From Perkinsus chesapeaki ATCC PRA-425 (taxonomy: Eukaryota > Protista > Perkinsozoa): DNA of 37,255 nucleotides. The position numbers and the translations under genes were made by a program. Positions 1 to 11,834 of this stretch are shown here, piece by piece. The notes under the pieces are model-generated. The model was not told the origin of the DNA and did no database searches. It saw only the letters and a list, made by a program, of their open reading frames with translations. Numbering within the stretch: the stretch's first letter is position 1; every line of letters starts with the position of its first letter. Location: the NCBI GenBank assembly GCA_013115145.1, contig JAAPAO010000349.1, positions 1-37,255 of the forward strand. Reading direction: 5' to 3'.

Positions 1-538
1 TTCTTCCGACATCTAAATGTGACACAAAATCACAATGGTTCGCGTAACAGAATTGAAGTCGTGACGCGAGACCCAACCCGGGCGGCTGTGTGGTGGGTTT
101 TGAAGAAATAGTGTGTATGAATGAACGTACAAGTTGCTGTAGATCTCGATGAATTGCTGTGAACAGCCTTCGGGTTGAATCAGTTAAGAATGAGCTAATC
201 CGTTCAAATCGATTTGTCGGGCGTGCTCTTAAAGCACTGCACGCCAAGCCTGCGCGGCTTCGCCAGAGAAGGTCACTTGACGCTCACTGTGCATTTTACC
301 TAGCTGAACACTCTCAGGCGAGAGTCTTCAACTCACACAAGAAATTTTGCGGAGATTTTGCCAGGAAAAATTTACCCAAAGCAAATGGGAATAAAGGATT
401 CCTTCACATGGGCTACTATCTGCTGCTCTACGAGTCATCGGTTCAGAGCAAATTCCAGCAGGCCAAACCGCAAAGAAAATGCACTCCTTAAAGTGTGAAA
501 AATCGATTCAAAGCAATTAATTTCAACACGTCGCTTAC

Positions 539-2189
539 ATGGCACCAACAGCTGTAAAGGAGGCGCTGTTATCTCGAACACTTCGAACGAGTGCTTGACC
601 GAGCAAACCACCACTTAGGAAGAACACCAAAGTGTTACCGATGAACCTGACAGAAAATAATGTCAAGATGACACTGAACATTTTTAAATTTTTCGGAAAT
701 TTTTTGCCAGGAAAATTGATCCAGTTCTTACTCAATGGAGTTCCAGACACTACGGAGAGTCTCCCCAGATACCAGCAACGGCTTCATCGACGCTGCCATA
801 GTGTAACTAACAAATATAAGAAAATATTATAGACTATTTGTAGGAAATTTACGTTAAGAATGATGAACGAAGTTAAAAGTAAAGTTATTTTCGGTGATAT
901 ATAAAAACAATATAATCTTTGATCGTCGACATGAACGGAGATATTTTTTGAAGTCGAAATTATGTCATTAAATCCTATAGATGTGATGGCTGAGGATTTT
1001 CAAGACGGAGGGAATTGAACAATGAAAAAGTAAATTATCTGAATTTAGGGTTAATTATTTCCAGACTCAAGATTAACTTATTTTTTTTATATTTTTCTTC
1101 ATGATACATTTCTGTTGAAGACGTAAGAAGTTACGAGCGGCTCGGAGAGAGAACTAAGTTAAAAAATTTTCAAAGCTTTTCCGAAAGCCACATGAAATTT
1201 TCTTGCTTCTCACTTATCGTTGGAAAAAATCCGCGAAAAAGTGCATTTTTGACCAATTCTCACCCGGCAAAGCTAACAGCCAGGACACCACTGCTGTGGG
1301 CCACTTCATCGGCTATATAATAAGAACCATATGCTGCGATAATTGTCACACCTATTTGGATAGTGCTGTCAATATGCCCCTGTTGACCCACAGTCCTGTT
1401 GGCTCTCGAGAGGCAGACAAGCGCCAAGGCTCCCACCAGCACACCGATGAGCGGACCAAGCAAACACATTCTCATTAGGAATGCTATCACCTCCATGGGG
1501 GTGTACTTCACGCCAGTTTCAAGATCGGCAAAAAGCGTATAGACGACCATCGCCGTACCGTCATTTAGGATGCTCTCCCCCGACACTTGGTTCGTTAAAA
1601 CCGGACTCACTCCTAGATGGTGAAGTAGCGTCACCACCGCAACCGGGTCAGTTGCGCTCAATATGGAACCCAGAGAAAGACTCGTAAACAAATCCCAGGA
1701 GCTCGAAAGATTCAAGCTTGGTGCTATCAGGTAGTACTGCGCCAGACCAATCACAACAACACTCATAAGCACGCCGATCGTCGCCAACACAACCGCCTGG
1801 AGAAATATTTTCTTCACCAGTTGGGTGTCCAATTCCATACATTCATTGAAGAGGAGCACCGGCAAGAAGAGTAGCAGAAATAAATGAGGATCGATCCCAA
1901 GCCATAATTTCGTGGCGCGCTGGAGTTCGCCGGAGATGATATTTTTTTCCGCCAAGACAGCCAAGCAGAGACCTTCCAGGAAGACTACAACAGTGTAGGG
2001 CAAGTCGGGCGCGTATCTTGACAAAATCTTCAGGGTGAGGCACCCCAGAGTAAATGCAATCAGGAAATACAACACACCGAGTGGAGACCCCGAACCAGCC
2101 AGCGGTGACTCTATCTCATCAGGTGATGATGATGCTACCGCTGATATCGATACCATCAACGGCAGGATTTTAAGGAATCCATGTAGCAT
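539..2189 (-). CDS. CPA1-family Na+/H+ antiporter (NHX7/SOS1-like), first three exons; 3' part unresolved
   Basis: Exon 1 (2189-1264) is multi-TM with the family motifs FLPVLLFNE, ILSATDPVAVV and GESILNDG, plus HSSGVLAV. Phase-consistent GT-AG splicing to 806-732 (YTMAASMKPLLVSGETLRSVWNSIE) and 646-539 (FIGNTLVFFLSGG, matching the W-E-x-x-x-F-I-x-N-T-L-x-F-x-L-S-G segment of SOS1-type proteins). No clean exon with GLRGA was found further left. Confidence 0.85.
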
Positions 2190-4149
2190 GGCGATGGGTG
2201 ATGAAAACTAGTTAAAAATGCGACCGAATTACGATAGATCGCCAGTCGGGATGGGACTCGGAGTTGTATCAGTGATTTCTCGAAGTCCTCCAAAACACAA
2301 CCACATCCGAAAAAATTATTTTCCAGGTCGTCGACTAAAATACATTCCTTCCGGAAACATTCACTGCCCTCAGTGACGTCCTAACCGCCAAATGGTGAGC
2401 GAAATTCTTTCGATGACATGTCCTCGCGCGGAAACAAAATGCAAATTTCTTATTGAGATTTTCATTTGTAACTCCGACGAAAAATCTTATGGCTCAAGTG
2501 CGTGAAGGCAAGCCATTCGAGCTATGTACGCAACTGAGCAATTCTTCCACTGATAAAACTCAAGCCGGACATCACACAAGGACACACTCATTATCATGAT
2601 TACGTTTCATCGTCACTCAACTGAAAGAAGGAGACCATCACCGAAATATTCAGTTTTGTCACAAAAAAACGCATTTGCATTTTCAGAAAACGAAAAAATC
2701 TTCCTGAAAAATATTCACCAATTTCTCGGGAAAGTGACGTATCCCTGACAATATTTTTGTGCACTAAGTTTTCACACACTTTAAGAAGTGTGGATTCATG
2801 GATCGCAAAAATAGAATTTTCCCAACTCCAACTTTGAACAGTAATTTAAATAGTATAGGATAGTTGCTTCGGTTATTCACTACTCCATTGCAGCCTTAAT
2901 CAACACGCTCTCATAGCTTTGACTTATTATTAATAAGTTATTTTACAACTTTGCCAACTTATTAAAAATGAAACGGCTGATCGATTCATTGTCATATTTC
3001 AGATTATCATTAAACCAGTCATAATTCAAAATTGAAAGTCGGAAGAATACAAAGTACAATTTCCCTCGTGTGAGACAGTATGTCGACTCGCCTTCTGATA
3101 ATTTGCTTCAGGTACACCACTAAGAACGCTCTTCTCCCACACAACAAGATCTTCGACACCTTGCACATCTTCTTTGTGCAACGAACGACGATTAATCTCG
3201 TCAAAAGGAAGCCTAAATAACACTCAATTTACTCGGCCGAGAGCACCAAGCCAAAACGTAGACTTAATTTTAGCCCCACCCCATAAGCCCTAAAAATGAC
3301 TCACTGGCTTGAAAACGCCAATCAAGGAGTCTTTGTGAAAAGTTTGTTTATTTCAAATTTTGGAAGTTTATAAGAACTATATTATCGTCAAATATTCAAG
3401 CATTTCCGTCATTAATCTTTTATTTGGAATCAGCATTCCATCATGACATCTATCGACATCAGTCGGAGTCGATAGAAATGGAATTAAATGTTCCCCGCAG
3501 ATCTTTTTCCGATCTTGTTCAACAAATATGTAACCTTCGACGGCGGCGCGTTCAATTTATTTAGGTTGACTTAGGTAACCCATAATACTCATTCAGTCAA
3601 AATCGGCAACACAACTCGAAACAAATGTTCCTCTAATTTCTCGCAGAACTAAAACTGTGGAATCCGCGTATCAACTGACTTATAACAATTTATTTTTCGT
3701 TGTGTAAATTTCTCTCACTTTTTTTCCGCCAACTGAGGTCGCTCTGCCATGAAAGACTCCCAACTCACACAGTTGCGTGGCACAGTTGGTGGATGCATGC
3801 CGTGGACCTGGAAGGTATAAAAATTGTAATTTTATTAATAGCTTATTAATGAACATTCTATTTTCTCGCGCGCCACGTTATTTCCGAATTTCTTGAACAG
3901 AATCCTGCGTTGTGCGACACCCAACTTGTTGAATAGGAATCTTTACTAGGAATTGAGAAGATCTATAATAAAATATAAATTGAGAAAACAATATAAAATT
4001 GTATTGTATAAATTATTAAATACTATATACTTATAATTTTAATATGAATAACATGCAAAATAAGATGTAAAGGAGATACTTACACACACTATGTACGTAC
4101 TATAGTACAGATACTGACTTGGATAATACAGATATACAGAGATAACAAC

Positions 4150-6716
4150 ACACTCTCAGACGCGTCTCGAATAGACAGCCACTCGAGCCACTGAGAAGTA
4201 TCCTTTTCCTTATTACGAATCCAGCTCCCGGGATGAGACCTCCTTGCTTGAAAAAGCCGTTCGAAAACCTGAAAAAAGTGATAAACAATTTGGATGAACC
4301 AAGGACGATTTTTTAATAATCAATTTCCTTCCTGAAACTTATGTTTACTTCGGAGGTCTGGGCACACAAGGCCACAAAAAGCTCGGAAACTCTCAAAATC
4401 ACCCCAGAAATTTTATAATACGGAATTCGTGTCGGTGCCATTCATCCTACTGGCTCTCAACCACATGACCACCTTTGGAATTGAATTCCTGATCTTCATC
4501 GTATTCCACCATTTTACGTGCAATTATGAAGTTCCGGGAGTTTTCCCAAAATTTCCGGAATTTTCCGAAAATTTCCGGAATTTCCCACCCTTCTTATTAA
4601 GTTGTGTGATGCAACCACCAAAAACTATCGATTTATCCCATACTTACTCCGGATGCTTATAAAGCTTATCTCCCTCCGCGACCACCGGTAAACCATTTCT
4701 TCTCTCCTTCACCGTCGCGACCCTCCGCCGACCACTACACCCGTAAAAATAATTTCATACCAATTTTTCCTCAAATCACCCAATAGTCTCCTCAAGCGAC
4801 ATTTCCTTCGCCGGCCGAAAAGCTCTCGGCCAGGGCGCGTGACGCCCCTCATCAACGACAATCTTCCTACCATGAGGAAGATCGTCAAATTCCGTCTGAA
4901 ACGAAAAATTTAATTCACGAATCGCTCCGCTCCGCCCTTACTAGGCATTCGTTTTGGCGTATATGTACTTTCTCTGCTCTTTTCGGCACCATTTGAATGA
5001 CATGTTCCACTTTCTTGATGCCTTCTGGTCGATCAGCTCTACTTTGCCCCGCTGCCTAATAACAAGACAAAGCTCAGGAATGAATCAGCACGGCATGGTG
5101 CGATGATGCCAGCCTCCCCGAGAACTGTCTTCCCATTTTTACGGAGATTCATTCCATCAAATTCGTACAACTGAAACCCATACGGAAAAACGCGATATTT
5201 TTCCCTTTCCATTGAGGACAAATTAGAGATTGGTTCTCCCTGGGAGAACTAGTGAAAAACTCAACTTCTCACGCCAGATTTTCCCCCAAAAGTTCCCGAA
5301 TTTTCCCGAGTTTTCCCGAATTCCCGTTTCTACCTCCAGCTTTGTGAATCCTCTCCAATCTTCAGTGGGTATAATTTCATCTAAAACCGAAAACACATTT
5401 TCTCCAAGATTTTCCGCGGCATTTTTACGATAATTTCCGTTTTTTTGACCCATCCATTCCACCGATTGAGATCGTCGCTTCTCGGGATGCCGCGAAATCG
5501 CGAGAAGTCCGTCCATCATGAAAATGAGTGAAAAAAAAATTGGTAAAACTCAAAAAATTGCGGCTTTTTTCCATCGCCAAAAAGAATCAGAAAAATTCAC
5601 ATCGAAACACAACACGAATAAAAAAATAACATCAACTTCATTCAGCACAATTTCGTGGAGCGTGACTCTCATGCTCTCCAATAAAACCTAGATCAAAGTC
5701 CTTTCCCTGGAACCTAAAATGATATCAGAAATAATGGGGAAATTTTTCCGCCGAAATATTTTACTGGTAAAACTTTTTTTCCAGGTCGCCAAATATATTC
5801 TGAATTTCCAATAGCCAAAAGGCTCGTCCCAGAATTTCGCCGCGCCACGAAATTACGACCAACTCCTTCACAGTGGATTTCGAAGGATACGTCCCTTGAG
5901 TAACTAAGGAGGCAGTAAGGAACTATATTTTTCTCGCGCGCCACGAAATTACCGGTCTAAGCCCATATTAGCCAGACTGCTCTCGTCGCCTCGCCTACAG
6001 TTGCTCTCCACCAGTTTTCGACATCCTGAAAAGTATCCATTATTTGCCGAGGAAAAATTGTAAAACTTTTTCCGGTCGTTTTACTGCTTCATTACGGAAC
6101 TCCGTGAACCTCAAAATCGTATTGAGCGAAAAGCTGGCGATTGAAAATAGAGTGCAACACAACGGAAGCACGCCTCGGTGTTATTCAACTATTGCAGACA
6201 TTTAATCATTATGCTGTTTTTACAGGTGCTCCGATCCATGAATAGATCGATTATCAGATCGATTGCCCTACACAAACAAAAGACCTGTCTTCAGAGAAGT
6301 ATATGAGAGGTCAATTCGAAATATAAAAATAGCAGAAAACTCATGTCTACAATCAATCTAGTCATCAAGCACTCACAAAATCCTGTTTCAAGACTTGTTC
6401 TTTTTCCCGTGTCGTTTCCCTTCCCGGTTGTATTACTATTTCGTCCAGTATTTCTATCCATCCATTTTGCCGACTTCGATCCTTGCCATTCTGGATGACG
6501 CGCTGAAAGAGAATATATCTCAGACGCTGGGCAAAAACTTGATTCTGGGCAACTTGTTTTTCCGGAGAAAATGAAATTCAGCGAATATGATGAAATCAAG
6601 TCTGTATTTGAAGAATGTTCCATGGAAATTGCAAAGAACTTGAGAATTGCGAACTTCTCTTCATTACGTATCTGCGGTAACGACCACGTGTGGAGACTGC
6701 CTGACGAGAGTGTCAT
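4150..6716 (-). CDS. Uncharacterised multi-exon protein with repeated [RK]HPE-x8-W[ML] motif (boundaries approximate)
   Basis: Phase-consistent GT-AG chain 5519-5450, 5380-5334, 5170-5143, 5051-4969, 4895-4780, 4734-4648, 4488-4422, 4268-~4150 reads open. An upstream frame (ORF 6291-6767, donor GTGAGT near 6380) carries the same motif. Linking exons between 5520 and 6380, and any exons below 4150, are not resolved. Confidence 0.55.
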
Positions 6717-6839
6717 GGTAGAATTGGAGGGAATTGAATAAAAATACGGTATGAAAATTAAACGCAATAGTTCTGAATATTGTCATAGAAACAACTGATG
6801 TACAACTATGCCGTTAATAATAATCGGCTCTTAACAAGT

Positions 6840-9800
6840 TTATTGAGAAATCCTCATTGAATCTTTCCAAGTGTTCGTCCATAGATTAGCAAAGGGGCCT
6901 TTTCCATGCTGAGCGTCTTGTACCTAACTCGACCTATTCAGCATCTTGCACGCTCAACCTCAAGATACTCCGGCGAAATATGTCGCGTGTGACTCACCTC
7001 ATCGAGGATTCTCCTGCACATTGGACCTGCTCCGATAGCCTCATCTATAGGTATCTGACCAAATCGATCAGGTGATCGATTTTCTCAACTTCTCCAAGTC
7101 CTAACCTTCATTTCCACGTCCTCATATGTTACACTTTTTACAGGACACACAATCGCTGCCGTACCAGTACCTGTAAATTGAGCATCAATAAACTTCACCA
7201 ACCAATTTCACAACAGACAGCAACCGTGCTTTCGAACTAGGCAGTCCAACTTAACTTTACATTCACATCAATGGATGTTCGATTAAGAACAGGACACTTG
7301 TATGATAATATAAAAAAACACTAATAACCTCCGAGCCGTTTCCTGGCCCAGGTCCTCGTGTGTGGAGAGGATAAAGACACTGTTTGAAACTAACGATTTC
7401 TCTCGATGCTGGCGTAAAGCTTTTACAATGAAGGTATCATTTATTATTATATAATAGGATAATAACGGAACAGAAACACTATTACATATAAGAATTCATA
7501 AAATACCACTAAAACAGAGCGTCTATCTTTTATAAATGTAGTATAAGGAAGCTAATAAGATTATTAACAATATTATAACACATAATAATCTCAATTTAAC
7601 AAGCTCGAATCATTCGAGGAGCTGCCATGAACCTCATGAGGTTCATGACTGCTTCTTTGTATTACCTCCATGCCCTAGAACGAGAACAGTTCGATTCTCT
7701 ACCTTTTCATTTCTAAACCACCGAGATGCTTCCAATGAGTTCCATCAGCTCATAAAAATGATATTACCAAATATTTCCATAACTTCTCCACGTTGATATC
7801 TTTCCAGCAACTCCTCCATAGTAACATCTCTCTCGGATACTTCAAGGTTTGTATCGTTCCGAAGTATCTTAAGAACCTGCCAGCAATCTTCCTGACCGCG
7901 CGCCACTTAATCAAACATTAAAGCTCTTTATCGTCTGGTGCGTAATCATTTATATTGATAATAAATAATATTTTTCAATATATCACTGTACGGAGTTATA
8001 CAGTTACTCTCAGCATTACCATATACGTGGAAAACTGTAGAAGTAGTTGTCAATACTTGAATTATTTTCGATACATATAACAATTTACTAACTGAGATCT
8101 TGTTGCTGATATTACTTTCTCTCTATAATAAGTAGTAACAGCTAGACAGATGTGATTCTAATAATATATTAAAAGACGCCTCAATCTTACAAACTGAGTT
8201 ATTTATTTTATTTCCTCATTACAGTGAAAATATTCCCCAAGTACAGTGACAAAAATCAGCGGTCATTTTCTGACGCCCGACCACTTCCCTATATTACCGA
8301 GTCTCGAGTGATTCCGGGCAAAATGATGTCCTTAGTTGGAGGAGTGGCAACTTCAATACCGCCGCCATTATCATCACGTTTAAATACGAAAAATACATTC
8401 ATAGAACCTAGAGGCGGGGATCGAACCATAGACCAATCGATTACTAAACAACATGCTCAACCACTACACTAATCTAACTGCCAAGACCTTCTATATCAAA
8501 GCTAAACATAAAAACCGTCGACAGCTCCCCCTTCCACCTTTATACGGTTTCCATTATCTTATTTTACAACGTCGCCTCGTTGACCCATTCTAAAATTCAA
8601 CTACCAATTTTTTCACATAAATGTTCCTACAACTTCTGTTGAATTTACCGCCCATAGAAGCCCAGATAGAATACTTATAATAAATCCCGTAGAGCAACGT
8701 CTAATATTTATCATCCACACTGTGGAAAAATGTGCACGTAGCTGGCTACATCTGTGGTCGAGCTTGAGAAAAATTTGAGGAAAATATGGAAAATACCGAG
8801 CAGCCAAAAACGCGCTTTTCGTCCATAAGTCCCGTATAAAATGGTGATGAAATCCAGCTCACAAGTCATACCCATCGATTGAGAAAGCCGGACAGATATT
8901 CCTCCACTGATCATCTAACTATATTATCAAAATATAACTACCCACATTCCAAGGTCCAGTGCATGTTGGGATCAATTATTACGCACCCGATACTCGAAAG
9001 ATACTCCTCCGATACCAGTCAAGGTGATATATACCTTGCTATTTTCCTCGGTCCCCGATTATTCCCCATTATTACCAACTTCGGTGATATGATGCTTCAG
9101 TTCACCGTCCTCATTCCGCAACGGTAGCAACCACAAAATCTGCGTGAATCCTTCCTCGCTCTGACACACCGAAAAATTCGGAAAATTTTCAGGGAAATTT
9201 TTTACCGCCATTTTAGCAGGCATTAATGTCGGTCCATAATTACTTCCAACCTTGTGACCGCCGGATCCTGAAAAGAATATCGAAAAGAGTAGGAAGTGCC
9301 AGTGAGAACGAACATGTGCACAGAGAAAATTTACGACTTTGAAAAAGCGCCGACTTCACCAATGAAATACTTGGAGCTTTAATGAGAAAACAAATTATTG
9401 ATACAACTCTCGAAAACATTAATAATTAATAATGTTATGGAAAGACTAATTCAAATTGATACGGAATTGGTACGGAAGAATATGCCCTTTTCTGAATGGC
9501 TCTTCCACGAAGGCAAATGTATAGTTTCGTAACATACATTGTTCGAAAGTGCTCTAGTGTCTCCTTTTCTGGTGGTCCATAATATTACACTACTCATGAT
9601 CAACCTATTTTAAATGGGTTACTATATTCCTCATTACATGTTTTACATATAAAATATCTTTTCAAGACTTGGAAGATCAGCAATGATCCGGTTATTGAAT
9701 ATTACCGCCTGGCCAAGCTCGAACATTCCTAGTGCAAGCCAGCAAAGATACCGGTTTAAAACCGCACGGGAAGAATCTAACAAATAAGATATCATTTCGC

Positions 9801-11834
9801 ACTATGAAGGTTTTCTATAGCCTACGGTCCAACAGGGCTGCAAATAACGAAGAGCTTTCCTTTAGAGCCAGCGGCAACTTCCAGACTAGGCTAAAAATGA
9901 CACCACTGGGATTCGAACCCACGACCTTTCGATTGAGAGTCTACCTCTGTTCCAATAAACGTTGGGCGAAGGTACAATGAATAGCCATACTCATCAGGAA
10001 CGAGATTGGAATCTAATAAGACCAACTCTCTGATGAGCTCGTATCTAAAGTACAAACAAAAATAACAGAAGGACTGATAAAACACTTTATCCATGTTACG
10101 ATCGAATTAAGCTGCCAACAGTTCTGGTGCGAAGTTGCCTCTCTTCCGCCAGTCAAGCTGCGGTCAGCTACAGAAAGGCAGCCTTCACTTATGCGAATGA
10201 TCACTCTGGGAGAATTTCCTTAATCTCTCTCCCAGAAAAATAAGTTGGAAAAACCTACATTCTCTTTATTGTGCCAATAAACGGCGTCATGCCACCAGGT
10301 GGAGGACTTCCGCCATATCACCGATTACCCCTCAACCGTTTCGCGTGAACTCCGCTGAAATATCCCCCCAAATTTAGCAGCTTTCTTGCTGGAACAGTCG
10401 CTAATCTCTACCGAAAATTCCGGCAAATTTTCGGCAAAAATGGGAATTTTCCCCCACTACTACAAAGCATTCTCATCAGCTTCGTCCATTTCCGCAACTC
10501 CGCTTCGCTTTATCGACTTTGCAAATCTTCTAAGATTGTCTTTCAGACGAAACTCGCTGATGACTCCGTCCTTATTTTTAAACCTGCCAAATCAGAAAAT
10601 ATTTTCCCAGAAAACTTCGAACGTACAAAACAGCTAATCTGAGAAGAGACGGAGGAAGTCCCAAACCAAAAAGACACTAACGAACAAATATAAACTTGAA
10701 TTTCAAACAACCTTTTATAGATCGTACAAGCACCTTACATCTTTTCATTCAACCAAATTACCTACAGAGCCTATGGAAAGAGGAGTATCTGTCACATGCC
10801 CCTCTCAGTTGTTAGAGAGCACGATTCAATTTGCACCCAAATCGCCGTTAAGAATAGGTCTTTTAATAATGGAGCCGATAGAACTGTTCGTGGAACTATC
10901 TCCTCAGTGGAGCAAATGCACGTACTGTTTACATAAATGCTGTATATTGCCTATTATTACACTTTTGCACCTTCAAAGCATTCCACGGCGTAATGAAGGA
11001 CTGTTGATGCTGGATGGATAGTAAGAGAACCAAACGGGGATATAACAGGCTGAAATAAGAACAATACCTAGTCGGCAGGCAAATACCAGCGTGGCGGTTG
11101 AGACAGAGACAGTCGGCGGAATATACTGCACTACACAACGGCCAGATCCAATACAGAGCTCCGATGGAATAATAAACGAGACATGTGGAGAACGGTTTCC
11201 TCGTTGTCCCGAACGAAGAAAGCGCAGACCGCAAGTGTTATTTACCGAAATAGAATTATGCCATCCGGTGGCGATAATCTGTAAGGCGTGCAACAATTCT
11301 ATCATAGGTAGCGTGCCTTCTATTTTCTCATTCGTTATAGAATTCAAAACAAAGTCCATCTAGCAAAATGTGATCTTTCATTGTAAACAGTTTCTACTGC
11401 GGAGATTTGAGCCATTGTCTGAGTCCCTAAATTGAGGACATTGAATAGTTCCACTTAAATGGCATTAAATCAATTATTCTCAATTAAGTGTCAGTGGTAT
11501 AAATTTACGAATATCTTTGATAGTTATTAATAATATCAACCTATCACTAGACTCCCTCTATTACAGCATGCCATCCCTGCTCCGCATCATAATCGATAGT
11601 AAGCATGTGGTCTGTGAAGGTATGACCAAATCTAAGAGTATTCAACGGTGGAAGAGAGGATCTCGCCGGATTATAGTGTATCTAAGGTTGAAGCATGCAA
11701 GATACGAAATAGCTCAACTCACGCACCTGTAGCGCGCTGACATCTATATGTCCACGAGAACTCTCCTCTTCGTTTGTTGCTACCGTAGTGGCTGTATCAG
11801 AGAGTGCTTTTTCACTTGATGATTCGTCAGCCAT
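6840..11834 (-). CDS. BCAT: Branched-chain amino acid aminotransferase (PLP fold-type IV), 14 exons, 413 aa
   Basis: Exons 11834-11727, 11681-11565, 11049-10961, 10583-10464, 10044-9945, 9890-9826, 9776-9706, 9267-9206, 9160-9076, 8407-8298, 7876-7768, 7170-7106, 7054-6998, 6923-6840. All are GT-AG and phase-consistent (1242 nt). Motifs: [47 protein letters not shown] (PLP lysine), [29 protein letters not shown]. Confidence 0.93.
7626..7647. repeat. Perfect 22-bp palindrome in BCAT intron 11
   Basis: CATGAACCTCA|TGAGGTTCATG is its own reverse complement. Confidence 0.9.
9891..9944 (-). other. 54-nt spliceosomal intron (BCAT intron 5) made of a tRNA 3' half (positions 27-73, Lys(CUU)-like, anticodon position reads CTC) + TTTTT + AG
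   Basis: Minus-strand sequence GTAGACTCTCAATCGAAAGGTCGTGGGTTCGAATCCCAGTGGTGTCATTTTTAG. It has C32-T33, A37, a 5-nt variable loop AGGTC, T-arm GTGGG-TTCGAAT-CCCAG (4/5 pairs), A73 and T5. Removing it joins ...FIGTE to PSLEV... as expected for BCAT. Confidence 0.8.

Noticed and set aside
2481-2498. GGCTCAAG words (also at 16981-16988) as spliced-leader relics or SL RNA genes
   Set aside because: Only the last ~8 nt match the Perkinsus/dinoflagellate-type leader, and the upstream CCGTAGCCAT part is absent.
9891-9980. A complete functional tRNA gene at 9.9 kb
   Set aside because: There is no D-arm or 5' acceptor strand complementary to TGGTGTC; that position is occupied by conserved BCAT coding sequence.
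10929-11363. Overlapping ORFs in and around BCAT intron 2, plus the many 60-130 aa ORFs antisense to identified exons
   Set aside because: No recognisable domains. They are best explained as shadow or antisense frames of real genes or as chance.
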